A stretch of 49,629 nucleotides of DNA from Klebsormidium nitens (taxonomy: Eukaryota; Plantae; Klebsormidiophyceae): the NCBI GenBank assembly GCA_000708835.1, contig DF237583.1:1-49629 (forward strand). Direction: 5' to 3'. A program made the position numbers and the translations under genes. The notes beneath the pieces are model-generated. The model worked only from the letters and a program-made list of their open reading frames with translations. It had not been told where the DNA came from and made no database searches. Shown in pieces: positions 48,214 through 49,629 of the stretch (positions within the stretch are counted from its first letter, which is position 1; every line of letters begins with the position of its first letter).

Positions 48214-49488
48214 ATGGCTTACAAGTGTCACTGCGGAACTCGGGCAAACTTCGGCATTGTTGGCGGTAGAGCCACGCGCTGCAAGAAGCACAAAGATGTG
48301 GGCATGGTAGACGTCAAGAATCGACGCTGCCGCTGTGGCAAGAGTCAGCCCTTTTTTGGATTCTTGGGAAAGAGAGCAGAGTGTTGTTCTGGGTGCAAGC
48401 TTCCCAACATGGTGGATGTGCGAAGCCCTCGTTGCAGATGCCGGAAGAGCCATCCAAGTTTTGGTTACGTGGGCAAGAGGCCCGAGTGCTGCTTGAAGTG
48501 TAGACTCCCCGAAATGGTTGCTCTTGACAGTCGTCGTTGTGCTTGCGGGCAAGCACGACCAAGTTTTGCACTCCACGGAGAGAAGGCAGGCTTTTGCGTG
48601 AAGTGCAAAACACCGGCAATGGTTGATGTGGTAAGTCCGCGTTGCCAGTGCGGGAAAGCTCAACCCAGCTTCGGCTTTCCAGGCAGTAAGGCCGCTTGTT
48701 GCACAGATTGCAAAAGTCCAGGGATGGTTAATGTTGTTAGCCCGCACTGTGCATGTGGTAAACATCAACCGCGCTTCGGGCTCCTCGGTGGGAGGGCAAC
48801 CTGTTGCAGCGAATGCAAAGAGGACGAGATGATAGATCTCACGCAACCTCGGTGCTCGTGTGGAGAGATCGCGTACTACGCGCTCGCGGGAGGCGAAGCG
48901 GTCTGTTGCAGAGGCTGCATGACACCTGATATGGTCCACACGAGGAAGCACACGTGCGTTGTCGGCTCTTGTGAGCCGATAAAGTCAGTGCGCTTTGCCA
49001 ACACGGCCTGTTACGAGTGTAGCGGAAAGGTCCCGCAAAAGATGTGGGAGCGCAAGGTTGTGAAGGAGTTGAAGCGCCTCGGTATCGAGTATAGCTATTA
49101 CGATGTGAGCGTCCCGTGCTCCCAGGCCAAGGGGATCAAAGCATTCCGGCCGGACCTCATATTTGCACTTCAGGACTTCGTGGTCATCCTCGAGGTGGAC
49201 GAGAACGAGCATCGGGCTTACGAGCTGTCGTGCGAGGTGGGGAGAGTTGGTGATATCAAGGATGCCATCGAGCTGCCCCTCCTCCTCATCCGCCTCAACC
49301 CCTCCGAGGCGCGCATCAAGGCACTGGGCGAGACAATGAAGTGGGCTTTCTCCATGGGAGAAGCTGTCAAGGCACAGGAAGCGGGGCTCATGCTTGCATA
49401 TCACGGGTACTCGGACAGCAGGAGGGCCGAGCTTCACGAGCAGATGGTCAGGCAGAACGGCTTTGCATACGAAACGATTGTTTTGTAA
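48214..49488 (+). CDS. EsV-1-7 Cys-rich repeat protein (7 repeats) with C-terminal Vsr/PD-(D/E)XK-like endonuclease
   Basis: CxCG..QPSFG...CCxxCK.P.MVDV repeats; FRPDLIF...VILEVDENEHRAYELSCE...IRLNP. Confidence 0.88.
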   Translation: MAYKCHCGTRANFGIVGGRATRCKKHKDVGMVDVKNRRCRCGKSQPFFGFLGKRAECCSGCKLPNMVDVRSPRCRCRKSHPSFGYVGKRPECCLKCRLPEMVALDSRRCACGQARPSFALHGEKAGFCVKCKTPAMVDVVSPRCQCGKAQPSFGFPGSKAACCTDCKSPGMVNVVSPHCACGKHQPRFGLLGGRATCCSECKEDEMIDLTQPRCSCGEIAYYALAGGEAVCCRGCMTPDMVHTRKHTCVVGSCEPIKSVRFANTACYECSGKVPQKMWERKVVKELKRLGIEYSYYDVSVPCSQAKGIKAFRPDLIFALQDFVVILEVDENEHRAYELSCEVGRVGDIKDAIELPLLLIRLNPSEARIKALGETMKWAFSMGEAVKAQEAGLMLAYHGYSDSRRAELHEQMVRQNGFAYETIVL

Positions 49489-49629
49489 CCGGCACGTTAT
49501 GAGGGACTCACTTTTCATGCATTCTGTTTGCCTTTTCGTACATTTCGGAACATGCAATGTGCACGGAGTGATGCAAGCATTCACGCGCACTTTGTACGAA
49601 TACTCAGAGGATCACGCCCAAGCACTGTC

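Larger units (their letters stand above)
1..49629. mobile_element. Part of a giant endogenous viral element (Nucleocytoviricota-derived), interrupted by repeat-rich host-like segments
   Basis: Dense intronless genes with abutting or overlapping stops (2747-2750, 9342-9349). NCLDV-type genes: PCNA, Erv1/Alr, DUF2738 SSBs, P11, DVNP, DUF5760, EsV-1-7. These are interleaved with a spliced gene, telomere-type repeats and scaffold gaps. Confidence 0.85.

Noticed and set aside
1-49629. Major capsid protein, DNA polymerase B, A32 ATPase, transposase/integrase, tRNA/rRNA
   Set aside because: No diagnostic motifs found by eye. Exact viral family and integration mechanism therefore cannot be assigned from this window.

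Overview
The window looks like part of a giant endogenous viral element (GEVE, Nucleocytoviricota) in a scaffolded green-lineage algal assembly. Three blocks (about 1-30.4 kb, 36.9-42.8 kb, 45.7-49.6 kb) hold densely packed, intronless genes on both strands that are typical of giant viruses: PCNA, Erv1/Alr, two DUF2738-type SSBs, P11-like minor capsid protein, DVNP, patatin, Nudix, UvrD helicase-nuclease, RNase H, OTU, deoxynucleoside kinase, SNF2-RING and several mobile endonucleases. Three repeat-rich segments interrupt these blocks, each coinciding with an N gap. (i) 4.05-5.84 kb: a 13-bp-period array plus an AntA/MSV199-PhyH dioxygenase fusion. (ii) 30.4-36.9 kb: TTTTAGGG telomere-type repeats, a spliced JmjN/JmjC histone-demethylase-like gene and 117-bp hairpin repeats. 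(iii) 42.8-45.7 kb: an iteron-like array plus an MSV199-like gene. TTTTAGGG is the telomere repeat of e.g. Klebsormidium and Chlamydomonas, but the host assignment is an inference. The main leads are: three nucleases pairing one Vsr/PD-(D/E)XK-like domain with interchangeable tandem zinc-finger arrays, one showing TALE-like position-restricted variation; an HNH cassette flanked by a synonymously recoded copy of its neighbour's 5' end; telomere repeats at the virus junction; and chromatin-modifying cargo next to repeat arrays. I saw no major capsid protein, DNA polymerase B, packaging ATPase, rRNA, tRNA or CRISPR array. All family calls come from motifs recognised by eye, not from database searches.
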